Notes: generated by a model not told the origin, from the sequence alone. A DNA stretch of 64,000 nucleotides from Chitinophagaceae bacterium MMS25-I14 (GCA_052161885.1 CP197396.1:678399-742398), one strand, 5' to 3'; positions 10,058-21,026 are shown, counted from the stretch's first letter. Numbers and translations are program-made.

Positions 10058-11071
10058 ATGAACAATCCGATCCGCTTTGCAATCGTCGGCTATGGCAATA
10101 TAGGCAGGCGCCACGCAGAGCATATACATAACAATCCTTCCACACAGCTTGTAGCCGTTTGCGACGTACGCCCGGAAGTAAAGGAACAACTCGCTGAAGG
10201 CATTGCATTCTACAGCAATATTGAAACAATGCTGCAGCAGGTACAGGCAGATGTACTATGCGTATGCACGCCCAACTACCTGCATGAACCGCATACCATA
10301 GCTGCCCTGGAAGCAGGTTTGCACACCGTAGTAGAAAAACCGATGGCATTGTCCGTTGCCGAGTGCGACCGTATGATCGCAGCATCGCAAAAAGCCGGGA
10401 AGGTCATCTTTGCAGTAAAGCAAAACCGTTACAATCCGCCGGTGCAGGCGGTAAAACAGCTTTTGGGGCGCCAGGGGCTCGGGCAAATGTACATGGTGCA
10501 GGTAAATTGTTTCTGGAACCGTGGAGACGCCTACTACGCGCACAGCGACTGGCGCGGGAAAAAAGAAAAAGATGGTGGCTGCTTATTTACGCAGTTCAGT
10601 CATTTTGTAGACATACTTTATTACCTCAACGGTGTAATCACCGATGCCAAAGGCTGGCTGAAGAATTACGCGCACCAGCACAATACACAATTTGAAGACA
10701 CAGGCAGCTTTGTACTTACAGCAGCCAATGGTGCAATCGTTAACTTCAATTTTACCACCTGTTCTTTTGAGAAGAATATGGAAGGCGCTTTTACTTTCTT
10801 CGCAGAAAAAGGAACGGTAAAAATTGGGGGGCAATACCTGAATACTATCGAATACCAGCATATCAAAGACACTGCCCTGCCCGAGATCAACATTACGGCC
10901 AAAGCCAATGATTACGGCCTGTATCAGGGATCTATGAGCAACCATGATAAAGTGATACAGAACGTAGTAGACGTACTGCACCACAATGAAGCGGTAATGA
11001 CCAGCGCAGAAGAAGGGCGTGAAGTAGTGCATATGATAGAACAGATGTATACAGGAGCTGTAAATTTGTAG
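10058..11071 (+). CDS. Gfo/Idh/MocA family NAD(P)-dependent oxidoreductase
   Basis: Rossmann N-terminus [16 protein letters not shown] with an EKP motif (VVEKPMA). The start is taken at MNNPIRF, and a TAnnTTTG motif lies at 10035-10042. Confidence 0.85.
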   Translation: MNNPIRFAIVGYGNIGRRHAEHIHNNPSTQLVAVCDVRPEVKEQLAEGIAFYSNIETMLQQVQADVLCVCTPNYLHEPHTIAALEAGLHTVVEKPMALSVAECDRMIAASQKAGKVIFAVKQNRYNPPVQAVKQLLGRQGLGQMYMVQVNCFWNRGDAYYAHSDWRGKKEKDGGCLFTQFSHFVDILYYLNGVITDAKGWLKNYAHQHNTQFEDTGSFVLTAANGAIVNFNFTTCSFEKNMEGAFTFFAEKGTVKIGGQYLNTIEYQHIKDTALPEINITAKANDYGLYQGSMSNHDKVIQNVVDVLHHNEAVMTSAEEGREVVHMIEQMYTGAVNL

Positions 11072-11073
11072 AC

Positions 11074-11970
11074 ATGCAGCAAGACACAGCAAGATTCGTA
11101 AGGCAATGGCTCCGCTGGCCGTTACTGATGGTTTTGTGTATGTCAGTTGGCACAGATACTATGGCACAGAAAAAAATCCAGGCTTTCTCCGGTGGGCTTC
11201 GTTACCTGGATGAGCAAAAGTGGAATGAACTTTTCCCCAACAGGTTTGGCGTTTCCAGTTACAAGGCACCGGATATTCCGAAGGCCGAAGGCAAAGATTT
11301 TTACAGCTTTAAAGCATTGCTGATTGCCGCAGCACGATTCCCTTTGTTTCTGAATGAAGGTGATGCAGCGACTCAAAAAAGGGAGCTGGCGGCATTTCTT
11401 GCAAACATAGCACAGGAAACAAGCGGCGGCTGGAGCGAGGCGCCCGGTGGATATTTTAAATGGGGCCTTTGCTATAAAGAAGAAATTAACCCCGATCACA
11501 ATCTCTACGCAGACACCAGCAGGCACAACTGGCCACCGGTTCCCGGCAAATCGTACCAGGGCCGTGGCCCCAAACAACTCAGCTGGAACTATAACTACGG
11601 ACAATTCAGTGAGGCATATTTCGGGAATAAAGATACCTTGCTCCGCCATCCGGAATTACTGGCTACAGATCCGGTAGTTTCTTTTGCCTCTGCGATATGG
11701 TTCTGGATGACACCACAATCGCCCAAGCCATCGTGCCATGATGTGATGACCGGTAAATGGCAGCCGACACCCAGAGATACAGCAGCCGGCCGGTACCCGG
11801 GATTTGGCGTAACGGTAAATATCATTAACGGAGGCATAGAATGCGGGCGGAAAAAAACGGCAGAAAAAACCAGTTACCGTTACCGGTACTACCAGTATTT
11901 CTGCCGGTATTTCGGCGTTACTCCCGGCCCCAATGCAGATTGCAATGACCAGAAGCCATTTACTCAATAA
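11074..11970 (+). CDS. glycoside hydrolase family 19 chitinase/lysozyme-like protein, secreted
   Basis: GH19 signature blocks are present ([49 protein letters not shown]). An N-terminal signal peptide is present. Confidence 0.8.
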   Translation: MQQDTARFVRQWLRWPLLMVLCMSVGTDTMAQKKIQAFSGGLRYLDEQKWNELFPNRFGVSSYKAPDIPKAEGKDFYSFKALLIAAARFPLFLNEGDAATQKRELAAFLANIAQETSGGWSEAPGGYFKWGLCYKEEINPDHNLYADTSRHNWPPVPGKSYQGRGPKQLSWNYNYGQFSEAYFGNKDTLLRHPELLATDPVVSFASAIWFWMTPQSPKPSCHDVMTGKWQPTPRDTAAGRYPGFGVTVNIINGGIECGRKKTAEKTSYRYRYYQYFCRYFGVTPGPNADCNDQKPFTQ

Positions 11971-12044
11971 CGATTAGCTAATGCCTGGCAGGCCGTAAAC
12001 AGAATGTCGAATGCTACAAATTCACTAGCTAATCAGCTAATGAA

Positions 12045-12632
12045 CTAAGCCCATTTTACTTTTTCTGTAACCGGGATATTGCGTTTGCCTTCTTTCGGCT
12101 CGTCATCTGTATAACCAAAATACAGCAGTCCCATCACTATATCGTGTTCTCCAAAGCCAAGATATTCGCGCAGTGCAGGATGATGCGTCATGCCGCCTGT
12201 ATTCCAGAAAGAGGAGATGCCCTCGGCTGTAGCGCCCAGCAATACGTGCTCTATAGCCGCACTGGTAGCCGCAATTTCTTCAATGACTGGTATTTTGGGA
12301 TTGGCACCACGCTGCATTACCGCTACGATGAGGTGCGAAGCCATATTGCCGGCATTGGAAAGGTTGTCGAAAGACGTTTGCAGGCGTTTGTCTTCTGCGG
12401 TATTGTCCCAGTATATTTTTGCATGCGCAGCGCAGAAGTTTTTAAGAGCTTCGCCTTTGTATACTATAAAACGCCATGGCTCTGTGCGTCCGTGTGTAGG
12501 CGCCCAATCGGCAAGTGATAATAACTCATTGATCGTTGCGTCGTCAATCTGCTTTCCGTTCATCGCGGCTGTCTTTACCGTACGGCGACCTGTAATGATC
12601 TGTTTCAGTGCTGAAAATAATTCCTGTGTCAT
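12045..12632 (-). CDS. nitroreductase family protein
   Basis: The nitroreductase fold N-terminus (RRTVKTAAMNGKQID...EPWRFIVY) is recognisable. Length 195 aa. Confidence 0.85.
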   Translation of the reverse strand: MTQELFSALKQIITGRRTVKTAAMNGKQIDDATINELLSLADWAPTHGRTEPWRFIVYKGEALKNFCAAHAKIYWDNTAEDKRLQTSFDNLSNAGNMASHLIVAVMQRGANPKIPVIEEIAATSAAIEHVLLGATAEGISSFWNTGGMTHHPALREYLGFGEHDIVMGLLYFGYTDDEPKEGKRNIPVTEKVKWA

Positions 12633-12750
12633 AAGGCTGCAAAGATATAGTCACAATACAGATGGTTGTATACCGATTATTTATGCGGGGCAAAAAGAAA
12701 AAGCTCCGCGTTCAACAGAGCTTTTCAAAATATAATCAGTCACAAAAAAT

Positions 12751-12778
12751 GTCACCATGAGCGTAGTCAAAGGATGAC
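12751..12778. repeat. REP-like palindromic element gtcaccatgagcgtagtcaaaggatgac
   Basis: Member of the GTCATCCTGAGCG-N-GAAGGATGAC palindrome family seen at least 6 times in this window. Confidence 0.6.
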
Positions 12779-12818
12779 ATTTTCTTAACGTCTCAACCTA
12801 TTAACTTTTCAATTTATA

Positions 12819-14780
12819 CTAGCTTTCATCTATCCGCTTCAGGTGATAATCAGCGATTGCAGATACAATAATCGGATATTTTTCCAGTGTTACATCCGAA
12901 GGGTCAAGACCAAAACCGCGCTCTTCAGACAGGCTGAAGCGTTTCAGGATAAAGTAACCGCGCATCATCAGGCGCTCCCATAAAGGCAGGGCATTATCGC
13001 GCGACAGGAATTTTTCCATTACGATAAACCGGAAATCACCCATTACGTTGTTCCTGCTGAGTGACTCATAACGACTCACGACATTTACTTCCTTGTTCTG
13101 CACCATTTCTTCCACCACTTTTCGGAACATAGATTGTATGCGTTGCTCCACCCTGAAACCAAGACGGAATTCCACACGGATGATCTCGTTCGGAATGATT
13201 GTCTGTACCGCATATTCCATTGTATACGGATCGTCCGTTACATCCACATGCACGAACCAGTAAATATCGGCACGTTTTGGTTTCCGGTACAGGATAGAAT
13301 AAATGATCTTATGTTCAATTTCTTTGGGATTATTGGCACTGGTGAGATACACCATATGCGTCGCATATTTGGGGATCGAACGGTCATTGCTCAGTTCCTG
13401 TATGATCTGCACATAATCTTCCAGCCGTACAAATTCCACATAACGGTTTTTGATCTTTCTGGCCTTGAACCAGATAAACATAGCCATGAAAAGACTGCCG
13501 CCCACGATCAGCGTCACCACACCACCCTGTTCGAATTTCTCAACCAGGTTTGCATACAGGAAGGAGAATTCAATAGTGAGATATACAGCCATATAAAGCA
13601 CGATCCAGATAATAGGCACCCTGCGTGTAAACATGAAATAGCCAAAGAGGCAGGAGGTCATGATCATACACAAGGTGATGGAAAGACCATAGGCAGCTTC
13701 CATAGCCGAAGATCTCTGGAAAAACAGTACGATGCCACTGCAACCAAAAAAGAGCAGCAGGTTAATACCCGGTATAAATGACTGGCCACGCTCTACTGTA
13801 GGATAATTTATCTTCATCTTAGGCCACAGGTTCAGCTTGATAGCTTCACTGATCAGTGTAAAGGAACCGGAGATCAGGGCCTGGCTGGCAATTACGGCTG
13901 CTACGGTTGCAATGATGATACCCGGCAGCACGAACCACTGTGGCATTAGCTCGTAGAACGGATTCTTGGTTGCCGAATTCCACACAACATTTTTCATGGT
14001 AAGGAGATATGCTCCCTGACCTACGTAATTAAGTATGAGGCAGCACTTCACAAATATCCAGGAGATGCGGATGTTTCCACGGCCGCAGTGACCAAGGTCA
14101 GAATACAACGCTTCGGCACCGGTAGTACACAGGAAGACTGCTCCCAGCAGCCAGAAACCTTTAGGATAAACTGTCAGCAGCTTTATAGCATAATAAGGAT
14201 TGAAAGCTCTGAAAATCCCCCAGTCATCGTTAACATGGTAAAGACCCAGTACTGCCAGCATCACAAACCAGAGAAACATAATGGGGCCGAATATCTTACC
14301 CAATGAAGCCGTGCCGAATTGCTGGAAAAAGAACAGACCTGTAAGGATGGTCAATACAATGTATATGATGGTCATATCATGTATGCCTTCCAGGTGAGGA
14401 ATAGCTCTCAGACCTTCTATTGCAGACGTGACCGTAATGGGCGGTGTGATCATGCCATCAGCGAGTAGCGCCGCACCTCCTATCATTGCGGGAAAAACAG
14501 TCCACTTACCATGCCTTCGCACCAGGGCAAACAGGGAAAAGATACCACCCTCCCCTTTATTGTCCGCTTTAAGCGTCAGCAGAACATATTTAACTGTTGT
14601 TTGAAGTGTCAGTGTCCAGATGATACACGACAGGCCGCCGATAATAAGCAGTTCACTGATAGGTTTGCCATTACAGATGGCATTCATTACGTAAAGAGGT
14701 GAAGTACCAATGTCGCCATAGATAATGCCCAGCGCAATAATAATTCCGGCCAAAGTGGCCTTATTCATATTCTTTCCCAA
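12819..14780 (-). CDS. kup: KUP/HAK/KT potassium uptake transporter
   Basis: The N-terminal GDIGTSPLYV motif and 12 TM segments are present, with a cytoplasmic C-terminal domain. Length 653 aa. Confidence 0.9.
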   Translation of the reverse strand: MGKNMNKATLAGIIIALGIIYGDIGTSPLYVMNAICNGKPISELLIIGGLSCIIWTLTLQTTVKYVLLTLKADNKGEGGIFSLFALVRRHGKWTVFPAMIGGAALLADGMITPPITVTSAIEGLRAIPHLEGIHDMTIIYIVLTILTGLFFFQQFGTASLGKIFGPIMFLWFVMLAVLGLYHVNDDWGIFRAFNPYYAIKLLTVYPKGFWLLGAVFLCTTGAEALYSDLGHCGRGNIRISWIFVKCCLILNYVGQGAYLLTMKNVVWNSATKNPFYELMPQWFVLPGIIIATVAAVIASQALISGSFTLISEAIKLNLWPKMKINYPTVERGQSFIPGINLLLFFGCSGIVLFFQRSSAMEAAYGLSITLCMIMTSCLFGYFMFTRRVPIIWIVLYMAVYLTIEFSFLYANLVEKFEQGGVVTLIVGGSLFMAMFIWFKARKIKNRYVEFVRLEDYVQIIQELSNDRSIPKYATHMVYLTSANNPKEIEHKIIYSILYRKPKRADIYWFVHVDVTDDPYTMEYAVQTIIPNEIIRVEFRLGFRVEQRIQSMFRKVVEEMVQNKEVNVVSRYESLSRNNVMGDFRFIVMEKFLSRDNALPLWERLMMRGYFILKRFSLSEERGFGLDPSDVTLEKYPIIVSAIADYHLKRIDES

Positions 14781-14935
14781 AACAAAAGGACTATTTCAGA
14801 GTTGCAAAGGTATTCGTTTATGCAATTTATTTTAAAAAATCAGTTTTTATTTAATAAAACGTGTCTGTGCATTTTAAAAACTTTAATTCTTTTTAATCGT
14901 GGAAAAACAGAACTTCGCGAAATTTTTATATTGAA
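14781..14935. promoter_or_regulatory. AT-rich divergent intergenic region between the two kup paralogues (putative bidirectional promoter region)
   Basis: 155 bp, strongly AT-rich, flanked by divergently transcribed genes. Confidence 0.3.
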
Positions 14936-16924
14936 ATGGGCTCTGATAAGCACTCAAATCACATGAGTAAGCTATCCGTTATCGGATTATTGGTAGCATT
15001 AGGAATTATATACGGAGATATAGGAACGTCGCCATTGTATGTATTCCGCTCAATTATCGGCCCGAGAGAAATTTCTCCCCAACTGGTATATGGTGGCATT
15101 TCCTGTGTTTTCTGGACACTGACGCTCCAGACTACCTTCAAATATGTATTTCTTACGCTCCGTGCAGACAATCGCGGCGAAGGCGGTATCTTTTCTTTAT
15201 ATGCACTTGTACGCCGCTATGGAAAATGGCTGTACATACCCACCATCCTCGGCGCTGCCACCCTGCTGGCCGACGGTATTATCACTCCTCCCATTACCGT
15301 AGCCTCTGCGATAGAAGGGCTCAACGGTGTAAAAGGGATGGAAAACATCATTGTGCCGGGCAATAATCTCACCGTAGGTATAGTGATAGCCATCATTTCA
15401 CTGCTCTTCCTTTTCCAGCGGTTCGGTACGGATATCGTAGGCAAGACATTCGGGCCTATGATGTTTGCATGGTTTACGATGATCATGGTCCTCGGGCTGA
15501 GCCAGGTAATATACCATCCGCAGATATTTGCAGCGCTCAATCCTTATTATGCCTTTGACCTGCTTATTAATTATCCGCATGGCTTCTGGCTGCTGGGCGC
15601 CGTGTTCCTTTGCACTACCGGTGCCGAGGCCTTATATTCCGACCTTGGGCATTGTGGCAGAAAGAATATACAGGTAAGCTGGGCCTTTGTAAAAGTTACC
15701 CTCGTAATAAATTATCTCGGGCAAGGTGCGTGGTTGCTTGCACAGCAGGAAAAACACCTCGGCAGCCTGAACCCGTTTTTTGAGATAATGCCGCACTGGT
15801 TCCTGCTGGCAGGTATTATCATTGCCACATTTGCGTCTATTATCGCCAGCCAGGCATTGATCTCCGGTTCGTTTACGCTTATCAGCGAAGCCATCAGCAT
15901 GAACTTCTGGCCGCGTGCAAAAGTAAAATTCCCCAGTACGGTAAAGGGACAGATCTACATTCCCAGTGTCAACTGGATACTTTGTATCGGATGTATCGCC
16001 ATGATCCTGTATTTCCGGGAATCCGGCCATATGGAAGCGGCCTATGGCTTTTCTATCGTTGTAGCCATGCTCATGACGTCTACGCTCATGTATATGTATA
16101 TGAAACATGTGCGTAAATGGCCAATGGTCATCATAGTGCTTATTATGGCTATGTTCCTTGTAGTAGAGACCTCCTTCTTTATAACCAACGCAGCAAAAAT
16201 CAAACAGCGGTGGATGTTCCTGTTCTTTGAGTTCGGGCTCATGCTCATTATGTTCGTATGGTATAAAGCGAGAAAAATCACCAACCGCTACCTCAATTTT
16301 GTGAACCTGAAAGAAGGTCTCGAACAGATCGTTGCACTCAGTGAAGACCAGAGCGTTCCACGCAACTCCACACACCTGGTATACCTTACAAAAGCCAATA
16401 ACCCCAAGCAGATTGAAAAGCGTATCCTGGACTCTATCCTTCATGCAAAACCCAAGCGGGCAGATATTTACTGGTTTATACACATAGACCGGACAGACGA
16501 CCCTTATGCAATGGAATACCAGGTAACGCCGCTGGTAGAAGGCAAAGTGATGCGTATTGATTTCAATCTTGGCTTTCGTGTGCAGCCCAGGCTCAACTGG
16601 TTTTTTAAGAAAGTATTGCAGGAATTGTACAACAACAAAGAAATATCCTGCAAGCGCCAGTATGAATCGCTGGACAAAAAAGACTTCTATGCAGATATTG
16701 CGTATGTCGTTATTGAACGGTTCCTTTCTATTGAAAACGAATTTTCACTTTCGGAAGGCTTTATACTGGAAACCTACTTTAGCTTAAAGCGCTGGGCACA
16801 GAATGACCAGAAAGCATTTGGCCTGGATTACCTGAATACTGTAGTTGAGTATGTTCCGCTTGTTATACAGACCAAAACAGCACTTAACCTGAAGCGGATA
16901 GGCCATCATAAAGAAGAGGCGTAA
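14936..16924 (+). CDS. kup: KUP/HAK/KT potassium uptake transporter (second paralogue)
   Basis: GDIGTSPLYV motif present. Length 662 aa, clearly paralogous to the divergent upstream kup. Confidence 0.9.
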   Translation: MGSDKHSNHMSKLSVIGLLVALGIIYGDIGTSPLYVFRSIIGPREISPQLVYGGISCVFWTLTLQTTFKYVFLTLRADNRGEGGIFSLYALVRRYGKWLYIPTILGAATLLADGIITPPITVASAIEGLNGVKGMENIIVPGNNLTVGIVIAIISLLFLFQRFGTDIVGKTFGPMMFAWFTMIMVLGLSQVIYHPQIFAALNPYYAFDLLINYPHGFWLLGAVFLCTTGAEALYSDLGHCGRKNIQVSWAFVKVTLVINYLGQGAWLLAQQEKHLGSLNPFFEIMPHWFLLAGIIIATFASIIASQALISGSFTLISEAISMNFWPRAKVKFPSTVKGQIYIPSVNWILCIGCIAMILYFRESGHMEAAYGFSIVVAMLMTSTLMYMYMKHVRKWPMVIIVLIMAMFLVVETSFFITNAAKIKQRWMFLFFEFGLMLIMFVWYKARKITNRYLNFVNLKEGLEQIVALSEDQSVPRNSTHLVYLTKANNPKQIEKRILDSILHAKPKRADIYWFIHIDRTDDPYAMEYQVTPLVEGKVMRIDFNLGFRVQPRLNWFFKKVLQELYNNKEISCKRQYESLDKKDFYADIAYVVIERFLSIENEFSLSEGFILETYFSLKRWAQNDQKAFGLDYLNTVVEYVPLVIQTKTALNLKRIGHHKEEA

Positions 16925-16967
16925 ACATTGTCTAAAACTATATCAAACACGGCATCAGCAAGGTGCC

Positions 16968-17624
16968 GTGTTTTTTACTTGTTCATTTTCTCCCGGGTAC
17001 ATATTGGAATATTGTTTTTCTTTGTATTCAAAATCTGCAGACCTTATGATACTCTATCTGCGTAATACCTTTATTGCGTTCCTTTTATTAATTACATTGC
17101 CTGTATGGGGGCGCGGCGGTTATGAAATTTCAGTTTCGTCCGGTCAGGGCCGTATCGTGAACCAGGCCAGCATGGCAGCGGCATTTTCTGCCGGCTTCAG
17201 GACAGAAGCATACAGTGCGGAACATTTCACTATCACTACAGGCATGGAGCTTTCAGTTATCGGGAAGCGTATAGCCAACCGGTATGACAGCACGCCACCT
17301 CCGGGGCTTACTTACAGCAGGGGACTGGTATTTGCGTCCCTGCCGGTAGGTTTCAATTACCGGAAGCACGTAAACAGGTTTACTTTTACCGCAGGGGCAG
17401 ATATATTGCTGAACTATTTTATTTCACTTGAATCTCCTTACGCCGAAAACAATTATACACTTGGCTGGGGCATAGCTCCGAATATCACCGGCAGTTTTGA
17501 TATAACCCCGGATTTTGCGCTCGGCATCAGAATCTTTGCTCAGTCGGGCAGCTCACCCTTGCGGAATAATGCCGGGCTGCAGACCAGTATGTATGGCGCC
17601 GGACTGATCTTTAATTTAAAATAA
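16968..17624 (+). CDS. hypothetical outer-membrane beta-barrel protein
   Basis: An internal M (MILYLRNTFIAFLLLITLPVWG) gives a signal peptide. Alternating hydrophobic pattern with an aromatic-rich C-terminus. Confidence 0.35.
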   Translation: MFFTCSFSPGYILEYCFSLYSKSADLMILYLRNTFIAFLLLITLPVWGRGGYEISVSSGQGRIVNQASMAAAFSAGFRTEAYSAEHFTITTGMELSVIGKRIANRYDSTPPPGLTYSRGLVFASLPVGFNYRKHVNRFTFTAGADILLNYFISLESPYAENNYTLGWGIAPNITGSFDITPDFALGIRIFAQSGSSPLRNNAGLQTSMYGAGLIFNLK

Positions 17625-17632
17625 ACACATTC

Positions 17633-18604
17633 ATGGACAAAGCGAAGTGGCTTAACCTGCTTAAATGCGTCGGCATACCGGTAGCATATGCAATAGTATT
17701 GCGGCTTTTCTTTGGCGTACATAGTTGGGAAGACCTGTTTTCTGTAATGACAGTCAGTTTCCTGTTCTGTCTGCCCACGATTGTGGGGGCACTGGCCGTT
17801 TATTATTCCAACATCGAAAAAGTAAAAAAGCTTCGTTACCGCATCATTTTTCCGTGGCTGCCTGTTATCATTTTCTTTTTCATCACCCTGCTGTTCAGCC
17901 TCGAAGGCTGGGCTTGCTGGTTGATGATCCTCCCCGTGTTCCTGGTTGCGGCTTCTATCGGTGGCCTTATTGGCGGCTATTTTAAGCTCAGAAAATACCG
18001 GAGGGGAAACCTGTATATTTCATTGCTAACCTTGCTCCCATTATTTTTATCCCCCGTTGAAAGCATGATAGGCAGCATTCCAGGCACCTATGAAGCTTAT
18101 ACGGATATCGACATTCATGCAGATGCACCGGCGATATGGAGCCATGTAACCCGGGTTGGAGAAATAATGCCGGAAGAGGACAAAGGCTGGCTCACCGGTT
18201 TCCTGGGATTTCCGCGCCCGTTAAGGGCCGAGCTGAATTATGAAGGCGTAGGGGCTTCCAGGGAGGCGATCTTCAGTAAAGGACTGGTATTTCATGAAAA
18301 GGTCCTGCAATACGAACATCAGAAGCAAATGCGTTTCTCCATCAAAGCGTTCCCATATGAAATTCCCTCGACTACAATGGACAGCCATGTCGTAATCGGC
18401 GGTAAATATTTTGATGTACTGGATGGTACCTATCAGCTGGAAAAACTCTCAGACCAAAACTACCGGCTGCATTTGTACAGCCATTTCAAGCTGAAGACGA
18501 CATTTAACTTTTATGCGGGCTGGTGGGTTACCTGGATCATGAAAGATATACAGAACAATATATTACAGGTAATCAAAGCGCGTTGTGAAGAACCAGGCGC
18601 TTAA
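17633..18604 (+). CDS. membrane-anchored hypothetical protein with a C-terminal SRPBCC-like domain
   Basis: Four N-terminal TM helices precede a soluble domain carrying a Bet v1/SRPBCC-like motif (APAIWSHVTRVGEI). Confidence 0.4.
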   Translation: MDKAKWLNLLKCVGIPVAYAIVLRLFFGVHSWEDLFSVMTVSFLFCLPTIVGALAVYYSNIEKVKKLRYRIIFPWLPVIIFFFITLLFSLEGWACWLMILPVFLVAASIGGLIGGYFKLRKYRRGNLYISLLTLLPLFLSPVESMIGSIPGTYEAYTDIDIHADAPAIWSHVTRVGEIMPEEDKGWLTGFLGFPRPLRAELNYEGVGASREAIFSKGLVFHEKVLQYEHQKQMRFSIKAFPYEIPSTTMDSHVVIGGKYFDVLDGTYQLEKLSDQNYRLHLYSHFKLKTTFNFYAGWWVTWIMKDIQNNILQVIKARCEEPGA

Positions 18605-18637
18605 GGGCTGCAGTCTGCCAATATCAGTCAATATACT

Positions 18638-18645
18638 TAACTTTG
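18638..18645 (+). promoter_or_regulatory. Bacteroidota-type -7 element TAacTTTG upstream of dusB
   Basis: Exact TAnnTTTG match 8 nt before the ATG. Confidence 0.3.
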
Positions 18646-18652
18646 CGCCGCA

Positions 18653-19645
18653 ATGGTGAAGATAGGAAACATAGAACTGGGCAAATTCCCTCTTTTGCTG
18701 GCGCCGATGGAAGACGTCAGCGATCCCCCTTTTCGTGCGGTATGTAAAGAGCATGGTGCCGACCTGATGTATACAGAGTTCATTTCTTCTGAAGGACTGA
18801 TACGCGATGCGATCAAAAGCCGCCAGAAGCTGGATATTTTCGATTATGAACGTCCGGTAGGTATACAGATATTCGGTGGCGATGAAGAAGCTATGGCGCT
18901 GTCTGCCCGCATCGTTGATGCCACAAACCCGGATCTGCTGGACATCAATTTTGGATGCCCGGTAAAAAAAGTGGTATGCAAAGGTGCTGGTGCCGGTGTG
19001 CTGAAAGATATAGACCTGATGGTGCGTCTCACGAAAGCGGTGGTAGACAATACCAGTCTGCCGGTTACTGTTAAAACGCGCCTCGGCTGGGATGACAATT
19101 CGAGAAACATAGAAGAAGTGGCCGAACGCCTGCAGGATGTAGGCATAAAAGCGCTGACGATACATGGCCGTACGCGTACACAGATGTACAAAGGAGAGGC
19201 CGACTGGACGCTGATTGCCAAAGTGCGGAACAACCCACGAATACAGATGCCCATTTTTGGCAATGGAGACATCGACAGCCCGCAGAAAGCTTTGGAATAC
19301 CGCAACAGGTATGGTGTTGATGGTATTATGATTGGCCGCGCTGCTATTGGCTACCCATGGATATTCCGGGAGATCAAGCACTTTTTTGCCACAGGCGAAA
19401 CATTGGCCCCGCCTACTATCGAAGAACGTATCGATGCCTGCCGCAAACATTTGTACGGCTCAGTAAAATGGAAGGGAGAAAAGCTGGGTATTCTTGAAAT
19501 GCGCCGCCACTATGGCAATTACCTCAAAGGGCTTTCACATATCAAGGAATACAGAAGCAAACTGGTAACCATAGACAGTCTTGCAGGTCTCGAAGACGTA
19601 CTTGCAGATCTTGCAGAAAACTACAGCATACAACAACCTGCATAA
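18653..19645 (+). CDS. dusB: tRNA-dihydrouridine synthase
   Basis: FMN-binding TIM-barrel Dus motifs are present (LAPMEDVSDPPFR, NFGCP, IHGRTR). Confidence 0.9.
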   Translation: MVKIGNIELGKFPLLLAPMEDVSDPPFRAVCKEHGADLMYTEFISSEGLIRDAIKSRQKLDIFDYERPVGIQIFGGDEEAMALSARIVDATNPDLLDINFGCPVKKVVCKGAGAGVLKDIDLMVRLTKAVVDNTSLPVTVKTRLGWDDNSRNIEEVAERLQDVGIKALTIHGRTRTQMYKGEADWTLIAKVRNNPRIQMPIFGNGDIDSPQKALEYRNRYGVDGIMIGRAAIGYPWIFREIKHFFATGETLAPPTIEERIDACRKHLYGSVKWKGEKLGILEMRRHYGNYLKGLSHIKEYRSKLVTIDSLAGLEDVLADLAENYSIQQPA

Positions 19646-19670
19646 AAGAGCATAATATATAAAAAAATAA

Positions 19671-19697
19671 CAGCCCCGGAAACGGGGCTGTTCTATT
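19671..19697 (+). terminator. rho-independent terminator after dusB
   Basis: The hairpin cagccccgg-aaa-cggggctg is followed by ttctatt. An A-run precedes it, so it may act bidirectionally. Confidence 0.6.
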
Positions 19698-20162
19698 ATC
19701 TAAACTTAGGTACAGCTATTGCACCGCTACTCGTTTTCCGATACTTCCCGGATTTTGGCCATGTCCACGCCAAGATCCTTTGCAACACCCATACCTAATT
19801 CCATATTTACACGGAAGAAGCGGAAAAGCTGCCGCACATATTCTTCTCGCGTTTAGACCCGGTTATGCCATCTGTAACGCCTGCTCGCCGGGTTGAATGC
19901 AATAATCATTTTTTTGTTTTCACTACTGCAGCCGGTTATCAACTTATGAATAAATCTACCATTTACACAGTGTCCTCGATGAAGCACATCTACCTGCACA
20001 AAGATACGTCCTTGCAATATCTTATCAGGAAATATCCTATACCATCAATGGAAGTATAGATATACTTTATGCCATGTGCTAAGTCTCAAATTCCCAATAT
20101 CACATGCCGGATTGCAATCGCCGGATTTCCAAACCCAATTTTCATCCCACATTACATGCGGC

Positions 20163-21026
20163 TCAGGCCTTTAGTCTGAAACGCCAGGTCACCTGCCGCC
20201 GGTCAAGCCCGCTTAACAACTCCCACTCCTGTTCTGTAGCACTTTGCTTTAGGTATTTTACCGAGCTTAATGCGGCGCTGTCAAATACAGCCTCTCTATC
20301 CACCACAAGACCATTTTCCGCAAAGAATAATCTTGCCTGTTCAAAACTGTCAAACATATTTTCATAAATGCGGTGTTGTTCGAAAAAGCTGCTGAGCTGA
20401 TCGTCTCCTTTCAGCCGCGGGTCAGTTGCTTTAAGCTTCAGGTATATGTCTGCTGTGATCCAGTAGCCACCGCGCTGTTCCAGTGTTTTACAGATAATGG
20501 CACAAAGCCGCTGTTTTTCTTCTGTGCCCAGGTAAGGTAACAACCCTTCATTTACAATTACGATTTCACCGGGCGGAAACATGTTTACAGTTGCAGCAAA
20601 AGCAGTTTCGTCCAAAGCATTCAGGGGCAATATTTCCAGTCGTGTATCTTTTAAGGCATCGGGTGCGAGCGCTGAAACAAATTCTTTTTTTGTTTTGATA
20701 AGTTCCGGCAGATCCGTATCAATATAATGCAAATCCTGTTCCTGCTGCACCATGGCCAGTCCACGAAAAGAAAAGCCGGACGACAATTCCAGAATATTAT
20801 GATGCGGAATATCGACCAGCAACTGGTTTATGCTATGGTAGCGGCTTTCAAAATGCACTACCCTCGCCCAGAAAGCAAAATCTTTTTTATTATAGTCAGG
20901 CGCGTACGCCTCGGGCATTGCAGCAAGCACAGCAGCTTCGCGCACAAATGGGATATCGGTATGCCCTTTCAGGAACAGTAACGATTTTGCAGACGGACTG
21001 ATGGAACTATATTCACGGTTATTCAT
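20163..21026 (-). CDS. class I SAM-dependent methyltransferase (TcmP/LCM-like family)
   Basis: 287 aa with an LCM/TcmP-like N-terminus (ISPSAKSLLFL...) and an ELSSGFSFRG glycine-rich segment. Confidence 0.5.
   Translation of the reverse strand: MNNREYSSISPSAKSLLFLKGHTDIPFVREAAVLAAMPEAYAPDYNKKDFAFWARVVHFESRYHSINQLLVDIPHHNILELSSGFSFRGLAMVQQEQDLHYIDTDLPELIKTKKEFVSALAPDALKDTRLEILPLNALDETAFAATVNMFPPGEIVIVNEGLLPYLGTEEKQRLCAIICKTLEQRGGYWITADIYLKLKATDPRLKGDDQLSSFFEQHRIYENMFDSFEQARLFFAENGLVVDREAVFDSAALSSVKYLKQSATEQEWELLSGLDRRQVTWRFRLKA

Noticed and set aside
13134-13781. 215-aa plus-strand ORF
   Set aside because: It is antisense within the kup gene.
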